A stretch of DNA of 64,000 bases from an uncultured Bacilli bacterium (lineage in GTDB: Bacteria; Bacillota_I; Bacilli_A; RF39; UBA660), in the NCBI GenBank assembly GCA_934096605.1, contig CAKOMI010000002.1, positions 789 to 64,788 of the forward strand. The letters run 5' to 3'. This document shows positions 37,671 through 45,630 of this stretch, one piece after another. Positions within the stretch are counted from its first letter, which is position 1, and each line of letters begins with the position of its first letter. A model generated the notes under the pieces. It was not told the origin of the DNA, made no database searches, and saw nothing but the letters and a program-made list of their open reading frames with translations. A program made the position numbers and the translations under genes.

Positions 37671-37699
37671 TTGATATTTATTTAAAAAAAAGTTATAAT
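37671..37699 (+). promoter_or_regulatory. promoter of the pilin module
   Basis: TTGATA (37671-76), 17-nt spacer, TATAAT (37694-99). Confidence 0.5.
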
Positions 37700-37725
37700 A
37701 ATGTATAGATAGGAGGAATTAATAA

Positions 37726-37971
37726 ATGAAAGAAGCGACTGGTGAATTAAATATGACTGTTGTTACTGTAGTAGCAATTGCTGCCGTAGCTGCATTCTTT
37801 TATGCCTTTATTTGGCCAAGTATCAAAGGAACCATAACTGCTAGTACTAGATGCTCTATGGCTGTTAATTGTAATGATGACTATACTCAATGTCACTATA
37901 CTGATGAAAGTGGTACAGAGTCAACAGAAACAATAAATTGCAAAACATATTTTGAAAGTGCTAATAAATAA
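37726..37971 (+). CDS. Flp-size pilin-like protein 1 (non-canonical MKEATG leader)
   Basis: Strong RBS taggagga. 81 aa: MKEATG-ELNMTVVTVVAIAAVAAFFYAFIW, then a short mature domain with 4 Cys. Confidence 0.6.
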   Translation: MKEATGELNMTVVTVVAIAAVAAFFYAFIWPSIKGTITASTRCSMAVNCNDDYTQCHYTDESGTESTETINCKTYFESANK

Positions 37972-37987
37972 TAATTAGGAGGTAAAT

Positions 37988-38230
37988 ATGAAAGAGGCGA
38001 CTGGTGAGTTAAATACTATGGTTATTGTGGTAATTATTGTGGCTATGCTAGTAGCCTTCTTTTACTTTACCATATGGCCTGCTATTAAAAATAACATGAA
38101 TCAAAATAGTGCATGTGCAAGAGCTATATGTCCTAAAGAAAACAGAAGCAGTGATGGTAGAACAGTTGATTGTTATGTTTATGAAAACAATCAAAAATCA
38201 GATACCTTTAAATGTGTATGGAAGGGTTAA
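37988..38230 (+). CDS. Flp-size pilin-like protein 2 (tandem paralog)
   Basis: RBS taggaggt. 80 aa: MKEATG-ELNTMVIVVIIVAMLVAFFYFTIW, 4 Cys in the mature part. Confidence 0.6.
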   Translation: MKEATGELNTMVIVVIIVAMLVAFFYFTIWPAIKNNMNQNSACARAICPKENRSSDGRTVDCYVYENNQKSDTFKCVWKG

Positions 38231-38245
38231 TAAAGGGGTGAAATT

Positions 38246-38758
38246 ATGCGAGAAGCCATAGGTGGTACATGGTTATTTCAAATTGTTATTATATTCATTC
38301 TGTTATTTACAGGATTTATGTGCCTTTCTATTAATCGTTCCAAGGCATTTAATGTTAAGGATGAAATTATTCAAACAATTCAAAGTTATAATGGTATTGA
38401 CTTACAAAAAGATTATAGTGATGGTGATGTTGGCCCTTTAGCAGATATTGTTACTTATATTAAAGATAATTCATATCGGACTGTTGGGGTAAAACCACAA
38501 GCAATAAAAAATGTTGGTGGTGATAGTGTTGAATATACATGCTTTAATAAAGATGGGAAGAATACCTCATCTAATCCAGTTTTTTGTATTGCACCTGTTA
38601 GTTCTAAGAATGATGCTGGTGATAACTTTAAAGAATTACCGGATATGATTTATTATCGTGTGGTTGTTTTTTATCAGCTTGATTTACCAGTTTTTCATGA
38701 TTTGTTTAATTTTCGGGTAGTAGGAGATACAAAAACCCTTTATGGAGGTAGAAAATGA
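38246..38758 (+). CDS. TadE/TadF-size pseudopilin-like protein 1
   Basis: MREAIGG-TWLFQIVIIFILLFTGFMCLSIN. 170 aa, coupled to the next ORF (ATGA). Confidence 0.55.
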   Translation: MREAIGGTWLFQIVIIFILLFTGFMCLSINRSKAFNVKDEIIQTIQSYNGIDLQKDYSDGDVGPLADIVTYIKDNSYRTVGVKPQAIKNVGGDSVEYTCFNKDGKNTSSNPVFCIAPVSSKNDAGDNFKELPDMIYYRVVVFYQLDLPVFHDLFNFRVVGDTKTLYGGRK

Positions 38759-39225
38759 GACAGGCAATAGGTACAACATGGGTAATGCAGTTAGTAATAA
38801 TATTTATGTTAATCTTTGTTGCTTTCTTAGCTTTAACAATTAACTATACGAAAGCTTTTAAAGTGAAAAATGAATTAGTTACTATTGTTGAAAAGTATGA
38901 AGGTATTCAAACAAAGTCAGGTGGTTCGATTGAATTAATCAATAATTATTTAAGTTATAATGGTTATGGTACGATGAAGGCTTGTGAAACTGGTTATTAT
39001 GGTGTAGATAATTTAAATGATCCTACTCTTAAAGAGGTTGTGAAAGGTCAAAAATACTACTATTGTATTAAGCCAATTTCATCAAAAAGTACATCGACAC
39101 CTAACCGAGAAAAATATAAAATTCAAATATTTTTTAAATTTAGTTTGCCTGTAATAGGGGATATATTCACGTTTGCTGTTGAAGGAACAACAATTGATAT
39201 TACAAACCCTAATAGTGAAATATAG
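38755..39225 (+). CDS. TadE/TadF-size pseudopilin-like protein 2
   Basis: MRQAIG-TTWVMQLVIIFMLIFVAFLALTIN. Paralog of the previous ORF (..KAF.VK.E......Y.G.., YYC/FCI.P.SSK). Confidence 0.55.
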   Translation: MRQAIGTTWVMQLVIIFMLIFVAFLALTINYTKAFKVKNELVTIVEKYEGIQTKSGGSIELINNYLSYNGYGTMKACETGYYGVDNLNDPTLKEVVKGQKYYYCIKPISSKSTSTPNREKYKIQIFFKFSLPVIGDIFTFAVEGTTIDITNPNSEI

Positions 39226-39233
39226 GAGGAATT

Positions 39234-40271
39234 ATGAATGTTAAAATAGTAAATAAATATGCTGCTTTATTAGCAGGACTTGATATTGATTTTATTAAAA
39301 GTATTGATGGTGAATTTACTCCTGAAGATATCGTTATGCAATTTTCTAATTTTTTCTTTAATAAGATGATTATTGATATAACAGCTATCAAAGGGTATCA
39401 AGACATTACTAAAATTCAAGAATTATCAGTCAACATGGATATGAGTAAAGTTATTCTTCTTTTAGATGATTCTGAGGTTGTTAATAGCCCTAGATATTTA
39501 TCTCAACTAGTTTCAATGGGAATATATAACTTTACTAGAAATGTTGATGCCATTAAATTTTTAATTGATAATCCTAATTCATATAAAGATGTGGCCCAGT
39601 ACCATCAATTAAATAATCAAATGATGAGTTATCCAGAGACTTCTAAAAATGTTTCTAACGATATGGCTGATGGTTCTTATGCTTCACCAACTATTATTTA
39701 TGAAGAAAGAAATTTAAGAATTATTGGGATAAAAAATGTTACTGAACATGCTGGTAGTACAACTTTAACATACTTACTTAAGAAACAATTAGAAAAGAAA
39801 TATCGCGTTGTTGCTGTTGAGGTTGATGATAATGACTTTATGTTTTTTAACGATAAATCTCTAAAGCATACTAATCATATGGAACTTCAAAACTTTATTG
39901 CGGCAAATTACAATGCTGACGTTATATTGGTCGACTTAAATAATCAAGGCCCTGTTGCGGCTTGCAATGAGGTATTATATTTAATAGAGCCAGGTCTTAT
40001 AAAATTAAATAAATTAATAAGAAAAGACAAAAAAGCTTTTGAAAAGTTAAAAGGAGAAAAAATAATTCTTAATAGAAGTGTTTTAAATAGTACTGATGTG
40101 GCTGATTTTGAATATGAGTCACGGAGTAAAGTATATTATAATATTCCATATTTAGATGATAAACTTGACAATAATCATGTTTTAAATGAATTACTTATTA
40201 AAATGGGTTTTGCAAGATTAGATGAAGATAATTCTGAAAAGGGTGGCAAACTATTTAGTATATTTAAATAG
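39234..40271 (+). CDS. tadZ: TadZ/CpaE-like ParA/MinD-family protein with degenerate P-loop
   Basis: N-terminal receiver-like domain. The C-terminal MinD/ParA-like domain RIIGIKNVTEHAGSTTLTYLL..VVAVEVDD..VILVDLN has a deviant Walker A lacking the Lys. It sits directly after the pilin genes. Confidence 0.5.
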   Translation: MNVKIVNKYAALLAGLDIDFIKSIDGEFTPEDIVMQFSNFFFNKMIIDITAIKGYQDITKIQELSVNMDMSKVILLLDDSEVVNSPRYLSQLVSMGIYNFTRNVDAIKFLIDNPNSYKDVAQYHQLNNQMMSYPETSKNVSNDMADGSYASPTIIYEERNLRIIGIKNVTEHAGSTTLTYLLKKQLEKKYRVVAVEVDDNDFMFFNDKSLKHTNHMELQNFIAANYNADVILVDLNNQGPVAACNEVLYLIEPGLIKLNKLIRKDKKAFEKLKGEKIILNRSVLNSTDVADFEYESRSKVYYNIPYLDDKLDNNHVLNELLIKMGFARLDEDNSEKGGKLFSIFK

Positions 40272-40297
40272 ACTGAGTGTTAAAGCTCAGTTTTTTT
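40272..40297 (+). terminator. intrinsic terminator ending the pilin module
   Basis: actgag-tgttaaag-ctcagt followed by tttttt. Confidence 0.6.
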
Positions 40298-40346
40298 AAG
40301 TTCTTAAGACATGAAAAAAACCCATTAAATGGGTTTAATTATCAAA

Positions 40347-40422
40347 TGGCGCTCAATGTAGGACTCGGACCTACGACCCAACGGTTAACAGCCGTTTGCT
40401 CTACCGACTGAGCTAATTGAGC
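40347..40422 (-). tRNA. tRNA-Asn (anticodon GTT), CCA encoded
   Basis: The reverse complement folds as a cloverleaf: acceptor GCTCAAT/ATTGAGC, D stem GCTC/GAGC, anticodon stem AACGG/CCGTT with loop CT-GTT-AA, T stem GTAGG/CCTAC, discriminator G, CCA. A terminator hairpin aaaccca-tta-tgggttt lies downstream at 40317-40336. Confidence 0.95.
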
Positions 40423-40433
40423 AGTACATACAA

Positions 40434-40463
40434 ATTATATAATACGCATCTTGTTTTTGTCAA
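40434..40463 (-). promoter_or_regulatory. promoter of tRNA-Asn
   Basis: On the minus strand: TTGACA (plus 40458-63), 18-nt spacer, TATAAT (plus 40434-39), ~12 nt upstream of the tRNA 5' end. Confidence 0.5.
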
Positions 40464-40470
40464 CAAAAAA

Positions 40471-40499
40471 TTGCAAAAAAATTTAAAAATTGTTATACT
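40471..40499 (+). promoter_or_regulatory. promoter of ORF 40524
   Basis: TTGCAA (40471-76), 17-nt spacer, TATACT (40494-99). Confidence 0.45.
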
Positions 40500-40523
40500 T
40501 ATAAAGTAAGAAGGTGAATTTAA

Positions 40524-40892
40524 ATGAATAATGACCAAAATGAAAAAAAATATCAAGATATTCCAACGTCTTTTTTTAAACCAATAAAAGAGGTTAAAGA
40601 ACAACAAGAAGAGTTAATTGCTAATTATAATAAAGAAAATAATATTAATACTGATAATACGGCTTTATTAGAAAGAGAAATTGAATCATTAAAAAAAGCT
40701 CTAAAAAGAAAACAACAAGGTATGTCTTACTTAGGTGTTTTAATTGTAGTCGTGATTGTTAACTTAGTATGGTTTTTAGGCGTTAAATTTATCATTGTTC
40801 CTAAGTATGAAAAATATGTAAAAGACAATCAAGAAATTAAAGAAAATTATGATAATTTGAAGCGTAAAGTTGATGCAATAGTTGGGGAATAA
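40524..40892 (+). CDS. hypothetical coiled-coil membrane protein
   Basis: RBS aaggtga. 122 aa with a central TM (YLGVLIVVVIVNLVWFLGV) flanked by charged helices. Confidence 0.5.
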   Translation: MNNDQNEKKYQDIPTSFFKPIKEVKEQQEELIANYNKENNINTDNTALLEREIESLKKALKRKQQGMSYLGVLIVVVIVNLVWFLGVKFIIVPKYEKYVKDNQEIKENYDNLKRKVDAIVGE

Positions 40893-40989
40893 GAGAATTT
40901 CGACAATGCTCGACAACATGTGATTTTATGCGACAAAACTTCTTAAAATATCCCCCTTGTATTATTAAAAAAAGGTGCTAATATATTAA

Positions 40990-41129
40990 TCACCAAACGA
41001 AATTTGTTTGGTAAAAGGTCTTTACTTCCACAAAAAAATTATAATAAACACTACCCTATACAAATACGTTTTTAAAATCACACTTCTAAAATTGGAAAAA
41101 GACCTTTTGACAGCTTCGGCTGTCTTTTT
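40990..41129 (+). ncRNA. candidate small structured RNA / leader upstream of sipW
   Basis: Extended -10 tgctaatat at ~40975-40983. Hairpin accaaac-gaaatt-gtttggt. Long-range pairing aaaaggtcttt(ac)ttcca (41014-31) with tggaaaaagacctttt (41093-41108). Terminator gacagc-ttcg-gctgtc plus ttttt (41109-41129). No known family recognised. Confidence 0.25.
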
Positions 41130-41213
41130 AAATTTCAAAAAAACAAAATCTATTGTAATTCTTAGTATTTTTTTATATAATTAGTACAGATTAAAAGAAT
41201 AGGAAGGTTTTAT

Positions 41214-42197
41214 ATGGATACAAAAAAGGGGAAATTCCGTTCATTTTCTAGCATTGTCAAATTTATATCCGGCGTTTTGTCATGGACTATTCTTGTTATT
41301 CTCGTTATAGTCGCGTGTTTTTTAGTGTATTATTTTGTTTCTGTTAAAGTGTATGCACAAAAAGGTGAGGACTACAAACCTGCCTTTGCCTTATATACAA
41401 TATTATCACCGAGTATGGAACCAAATATTAAAGTGTATGACGTTATCTTTGACGTTAACGTTAATTCACCAGAAGATATTAAAGAAGGCGATGTTATAAC
41501 ATTTGTTTCTACAGCGACTCTTACTAAAGGTATGACAATTACTCATCGTGTTGTAGAAATATTTCATGATGAAAATGGTTATTCATATATGACTAAAGGT
41601 GATAACAATATTCCCAATGATGGAACAGCTGTCCCATATGACCATGTCTTAGGTAAAGTATTATTTAAAATACCTCAATTAGGACGAATTCAAGAGTTTT
41701 TAGGTACTAAAGGTGGTTGGCTAATCGTTGTTGTTATTCCCGCTATTTTAGTTATATTAAGTGATATTTTAAAATTATTTAGATTGCAAGATGCTAAAAA
41801 AGAAGTTGATAATTATGAAAATAAAGAAGCCCTTAAATTAGAAGATATTAATAATAAGAAAAAAGAAATAGCTGAAAATTTAAATGCAAGATATGCAAAC
41901 GTTAAAAAAGATTTAGAAATTAAAAAAGAAACAGAAGAGCCAGTAATAACTGATATTAATGAAGAGTTACCAAAGTTAAACACAAATAATACTATTGAAG
42001 ACAAAGATATAGATTTACCATTAGAGCTACCAAAAATGGTTGATATTCCTAAATTAAAAGATAACTCTAAACCTGTATCTTTAGAATTGCCAAAATTAAC
42101 AAAAGAAGAGCATTCTTTAGATAATATTGAAACACAAGTAAAACCTGTTAAAAAAAATTCAAATAGAAAAAGAACACCAAAGAAAAATAGTAAGTAA
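41214..42197 (+). CDS. sipW: signal peptidase I, SipW (ER/archaeal S26B) type, with long K/E-rich C-terminal tail
   Basis: N-terminal TM. Catalytic Ser box LSPSMEP, ITHRVVEI (His instead of the Lys of P-type SPases), TKGDNN..D, second TM. The tail has repeated (E)LPK(L/M) motifs. Confidence 0.85.
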   Translation: MDTKKGKFRSFSSIVKFISGVLSWTILVILVIVACFLVYYFVSVKVYAQKGEDYKPAFALYTILSPSMEPNIKVYDVIFDVNVNSPEDIKEGDVITFVSTATLTKGMTITHRVVEIFHDENGYSYMTKGDNNIPNDGTAVPYDHVLGKVLFKIPQLGRIQEFLGTKGGWLIVVVIPAILVILSDILKLFRLQDAKKEVDNYENKEALKLEDINNKKKEIAENLNARYANVKKDLEIKKETEEPVITDINEELPKLNTNNTIEDKDIDLPLELPKMVDIPKLKDNSKPVSLELPKLTKEEHSLDNIETQVKPVKKNSNRKRTPKKNSK

Positions 42198-42290
42198 AGA
42201 ACTGTTTAAATTAAAATAGTTCTTTTTTAAATTTTTATTGACAAACGCATGTATGTAGTATATGATAAATTTAATTACTGGAGGTGCTAT

Positions 42291-42605
42291 ATGCCAGAAT
42301 ATTGTATGATTGAAATTGCTTTTGATAATTTAGAACTTCTTAATGAACTTGTAAAAGCTTTATTGTCCCAAAAATTGATTGCCAGTGCACATGTTATAGA
42401 AAGTGCTAGTAGTTGGTTATGGCAAGGTGATAAGGAGCAAGCACATGAATATCTTTTACAAATGAAAACTAAGAAAAAGAATCAATCGTTAATATATGAT
42501 ATAGTAAAAGAAAAACATAATTATGATATTTTTGAATTTGCTGTTTATGATATAAGTAGTGTTAGCAATGATTATTTGAAATGGCTTGATGAGGAAATTA
42601 TATAA
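42291..42605 (+). CDS. cutA: CutA1-like divalent-cation tolerance protein
   Basis: ATG follows ctggaggtg. ..LIASAHVIESASSWLWQGDKEQAHEYLLQMKT......IYDIVKEKHNYDIFEF....I......YLKWL matches the CutA pattern (..S.Y.W.G.i...E..l..KT....l...i...HpY..pe). Confidence 0.7.
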   Translation: MPEYCMIEIAFDNLELLNELVKALLSQKLIASAHVIESASSWLWQGDKEQAHEYLLQMKTKKKNQSLIYDIVKEKHNYDIFEFAVYDISSVSNDYLKWLDEEII

Positions 42606-42676
42606 ATTAATATTTTATATGTGAGTTGTGCATACTAAAATAAATGTTATTAAAGATAGTAAGGAGTACAATAATT

Positions 42677-43057
42677 GTGAATCAGATAACTAAAAATAAT
42701 TTGAGTCATTTTATGAATTCTTATCATTATTTTCATGATAGTTATATAAAAGATATTAATTATAAGTTGGAACAAGATGAAATAGATATTTTAATATATG
42801 TTTTTTGGTCTTTTGAACCAGTGCTAAAGGATAATAATTTAATTGAAACAAATAAAACAAAATTAAAAATGGTTTTTAAGGGTATTAAAGAATACAAAGA
42901 AGATAATAGGTTTAGTGACTATATAGATGAAGCAATTATAAAATACGTTAAAACGAATAATAGAGAATATATACAATTTGCTAGTGATGAAACGGAAGCA
43001 GTATTTTATGTGGTTTGTGATAAAATTGAATATGAAGAAATTAAATGCAGTTGGTAG
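42677..43057 (+). CDS. hypothetical protein
   Basis: ORF with uncertain start (GTG 42677 or ATG 42713). No family recognised. Confidence 0.4.
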   Translation: MNQITKNNLSHFMNSYHYFHDSYIKDINYKLEQDEIDILIYVFWSFEPVLKDNNLIETNKTKLKMVFKGIKEYKEDNRFSDYIDEAIIKYVKTNNREYIQFASDETEAVFYVVCDKIEYEEIKCSW

Positions 43058-43242
43058 TATATGGTTATGAAATATTTGGTTAATGTAAAAATTATACTTT
43101 TTAAGATATAAAAATTTGCTATTGTAAAGTATGTAAATAATATATATTGACGAAGAATTAAATAGAAAGTCAACTTGTTCCATTTTGGAACAAGTTCAAG
43201 TAGAGGGAACTTGAGGTGTAAAAAGGCAAAGGGAAAATTTTT

Positions 43243-43372
43243 GCTAAAAAAGCAAAACAAAAAGCAGAAAGTGAATATGAAAAATACAAAATTATATAAG
43301 TTAAAAAGATTTGTTTCTGATTTTGATAAATTAATAATTGAAACACAAAAGATAGATAATAATCAGAAATAA
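43243..43372 (+). pseudogene. possible RhuM-family gene 3' remnant (frameshifted)
   Basis: One frame reads AKKAKQKAESEYEKYKII*. The next frame continues KLKRFVSDFDKLIIETQKI... Together they resemble the RhuM C-terminal signature (..AE.EYEKY....Q......SDFDK.I..). No upstream body of the gene is present. Confidence 0.3.
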
Positions 43373-43417
43373 TTACAAGATAATTTTAATTTGGCTTAAT
43401 GGTAGTTATTTTGAAAA

Positions 43418-43452
43418 GTAAAATTTGTGATTTTTGTTCGTGTAAGTTCATT
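43418..43452 (+). repeat. motif copy R0 (gtaaaatttgtga...ttcgtgt..) upstream of the uvrB 5' fragment
   Basis: Shares gtaaa(a)tttgtg + ~8 nt + ttcgt[ag]t with R1 and R2. Confidence 0.4.
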
Positions 43453-43562
43453 ATTAGCCACCATAATAAAATATTACTTATGTAAATTACACGAATCACA
43501 TTACAAGATTATACGAATTTTTAGGCTAATACTAAACATAATAATAGAAAGGAAGTGCGATT

Positions 43563-43832
43563 ATGTTTGAATTAGTATCAAAATATAAACCAAGTGGTGA
43601 TCAACCACAGGCTATTGAAAAGTTAGTTGAAGGAATTAATGAAGGAAAAAAAGAACAAGTTTTATTAGGAGCGACTGGAACTGGTAAAACTTTTACTATG
43701 GCTAATGTTATAGCAAAAGTAAATAAGCCAACTTTGATTCTTGCTCATAATAAGACTTTAGCAGGGCAACTTTACAGCGAATTTAAAGAGTTGTTTCCAA
43801 ATAATCATGTTGAATATTTTGTTTCTCATTAT
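43563..43832 (+). repeat. 270-bp direct duplication, copy A (uvrB start)
   Basis: See 45746-46015. The offset is exactly 2183 nt. Confidence 0.9.
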
Positions 43833-43901
43833 AGTAACACCCCAAAAACCATTTTATTTCAAATCCTTTTAGGTTTATTTAATCCCTTGAAAATATCATA
43901 A
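43563..43901 (+). pseudogene. uvrB: displaced uvrB 5' fragment (first ~90 codons) fused to unrelated tail
   Basis: nt 43563-43832 align without gaps to 45746-46015. They are identical for the first ~210 nt, then differ by a few synonymous changes. After ..HVEYFVS the reading frame diverges ([12 protein letters not shown]). Confidence 0.85.
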
Positions 43902-43930
43902 AAAGACTAAATAAAACTAAGTAATAAAAT

Positions 43931-43968
43931 GTAAATTTGTGGTTGGAATTCGTATCCATTTGTGTCCA
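43931..43968 (+). repeat. motif copy R1
   Basis: gtaaatttgtggttggaattcgtatccatttgtgtcca. Its first 12 nt are identical to R2, and both end in gtgtcca. Confidence 0.5.
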
Positions 43969-44096
43969 AGATAAATATATATCTAAACTTACTTATCTAA
44001 TCAGTTTTTTTGTGTTTACTTTGTCGTGCAGAGGTAGCGTGGTAGATTGAAAAATAAGAATATGATATAATAATTTTATATAGGGAGGAATTATAT

Positions 44097-45620
44097 ATGG
44101 TTTCAAATGAATTATTACAAAAAGGCGTACCAACAAAATTACCTTTACCAGTCGAATTAAGTGTTGATGATTTAATAAATATTTGTAAAAATACCAAAAA
44201 TTTGAAAGAGCAAATTGAGAATGCTGGTCAAAGATTTTATGATTTAATTTGTAATATATGTGATAAAAAAACAGCAGATTTTTTTAAATTAAAGAGATTG
44301 GATAATCTAGAAGTTTTTATAAATGAAGAAACATTAGAAAAAAAATTAATTGTTTCTGCTTCTAATATTTTTAATAGAATTGCAGATTTAACTAATGAAT
44401 ATTCTATTAGATATTATGATTTTAGTGCAATTAATAAAATTATAGAGAAATTAAAAACAATTAGTGAAGATGAATTAAAAAGAGATTATCCATATTTATA
44501 TCAATATTATATAGATGAAAAACAACAAGTAATTGTATTAGTGTCTATGAAAGAAAATTTAAAAAAGATGAATTATTCTAATGTTGTTTCTAGAATTAAA
44601 GTATTGTCAGATTTATATGGATGCGACTATGAAACAATGAAGGATAAAATAGATAATGCTACTATAAATTATAATTATAAAACATTTTTATCTGAATTTA
44701 TTCATATTTTAAATAATTTAAATGGATTATCACAAATATTAGTTACTCCATCATTACAAAAAGGTAATATAGTATATTCAGATATCGATATAGAAATAAA
44801 TGAAGAAGATAGTGAAAAATTAGGTATCTACATCACATATATTTATCAAGAAATGTTAAAATCCATGAAAGCAGAGTACCAACAAGAATACCTATACTAT
44901 ATTTCTGAATATTATTTTGAAAATAGAGAGTTAATTGAACAAAATAAGAAATTATATTCACCATACTTTGATAAAATTATTAGGCTAAAAGATATGTATG
45001 AGGATTATAAAAAAATACTAGTTAATAATCCAAAATTAAGGCTTGTAGATTTTAATCATGATGATTTTGCTGGGATGAATTTATCAGAAGTTGATGAATT
45101 TATGTATGAGTACTTTAAAAGTTTAAATGCAAATTGGGAATTTTTTAAGGATACAAAAATAGATGAAGATACTATTTTAAAAATAAAAAGTTATTATGGC
45201 GATTCTACTATTTTTCCAGAACATGAAGAATTAAAAGAAATTCTAAATAAATTTATAGAAAAAAAGGAATTTTTTGATAGGACTGACCCATATTATAGAA
45301 TTTTAGGGAAAAATACTTTTGATGGCTATATTGGATATATTTATAGTAATGGTACTGTTGTTTTAGAAAAATTTTTTGAAAATTCTGTTACTGGTAAAGT
45401 GGCTAAAAATCAAGCAATATATATAATGTCAATTCAAAATTTTCATACGTTAACGCAATTATCAAAGAATGAAATAATTTCTCAAAAATTATGTAAAAGA
45501 TTTATACATAAAGGCAATTGGCAAGAAAAAATCATTACAGAGATTAATGAAGATAAAGGTAACGCCTTAGTTAATCAGATAGATGCATTTATCGCAGGAG
45601 GAATAATAAAGAAACCATAA
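44097..45620 (+). CDS. hypothetical 507-aa protein carried by the uvrB insertion
   Basis: Strong RBS tagggagga. Long uninterrupted ORF with host-like AT-rich codon usage. No catalytic motif recognised. The C-terminus is ..FDGYIGYIYSNGTVVLEKF....AIYIMSIQNFHTLTQLSKNEI... Confidence 0.7.
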   Translation: MVSNELLQKGVPTKLPLPVELSVDDLINICKNTKNLKEQIENAGQRFYDLICNICDKKTADFFKLKRLDNLEVFINEETLEKKLIVSASNIFNRIADLTNEYSIRYYDFSAINKIIEKLKTISEDELKRDYPYLYQYYIDEKQQVIVLVSMKENLKKMNYSNVVSRIKVLSDLYGCDYETMKDKIDNATINYNYKTFLSEFIHILNNLNGLSQILVTPSLQKGNIVYSDIDIEINEEDSEKLGIYITYIYQEMLKSMKAEYQQEYLYYISEYYFENRELIEQNKKLYSPYFDKIIRLKDMYEDYKKILVNNPKLRLVDFNHDDFAGMNLSEVDEFMYEYFKSLNANWEFFKDTKIDEDTILKIKSYYGDSTIFPEHEELKEILNKFIEKKEFFDRTDPYYRILGKNTFDGYIGYIYSNGTVVLEKFFENSVTGKVAKNQAIYIMSIQNFHTLTQLSKNEIISQKLCKRFIHKGNWQEKIITEINEDKGNALVNQIDAFIAGGIIKKP

Positions 45621-45630
45621 TAATTTATTT

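Noticed and set aside
29609-40346. Genomic island integrated at the 3' end of tRNA-Asn (the tRNA 3' end faces the pilin/T4CP block)
   Set aside because: No integrase gene was found. No direct repeat of the tRNA 3' segment (tggcgctcaatgtaggactcggacc) was found near 29.6 kb or elsewhere in the window. The idea is mentioned only as context.
42863-43372. Track ORFs 42863..43183(-), 43006..43260(-) and 43175..43372(+)
   Set aside because: The products are AT-rich and of low complexity (F/I/N/Y-rich). They overlap each other and the 3' end of ORF 42677..43057. Only the 3' part of 43175..43372 carries a recognisable RhuM-like fragment, which is reported as a remnant.
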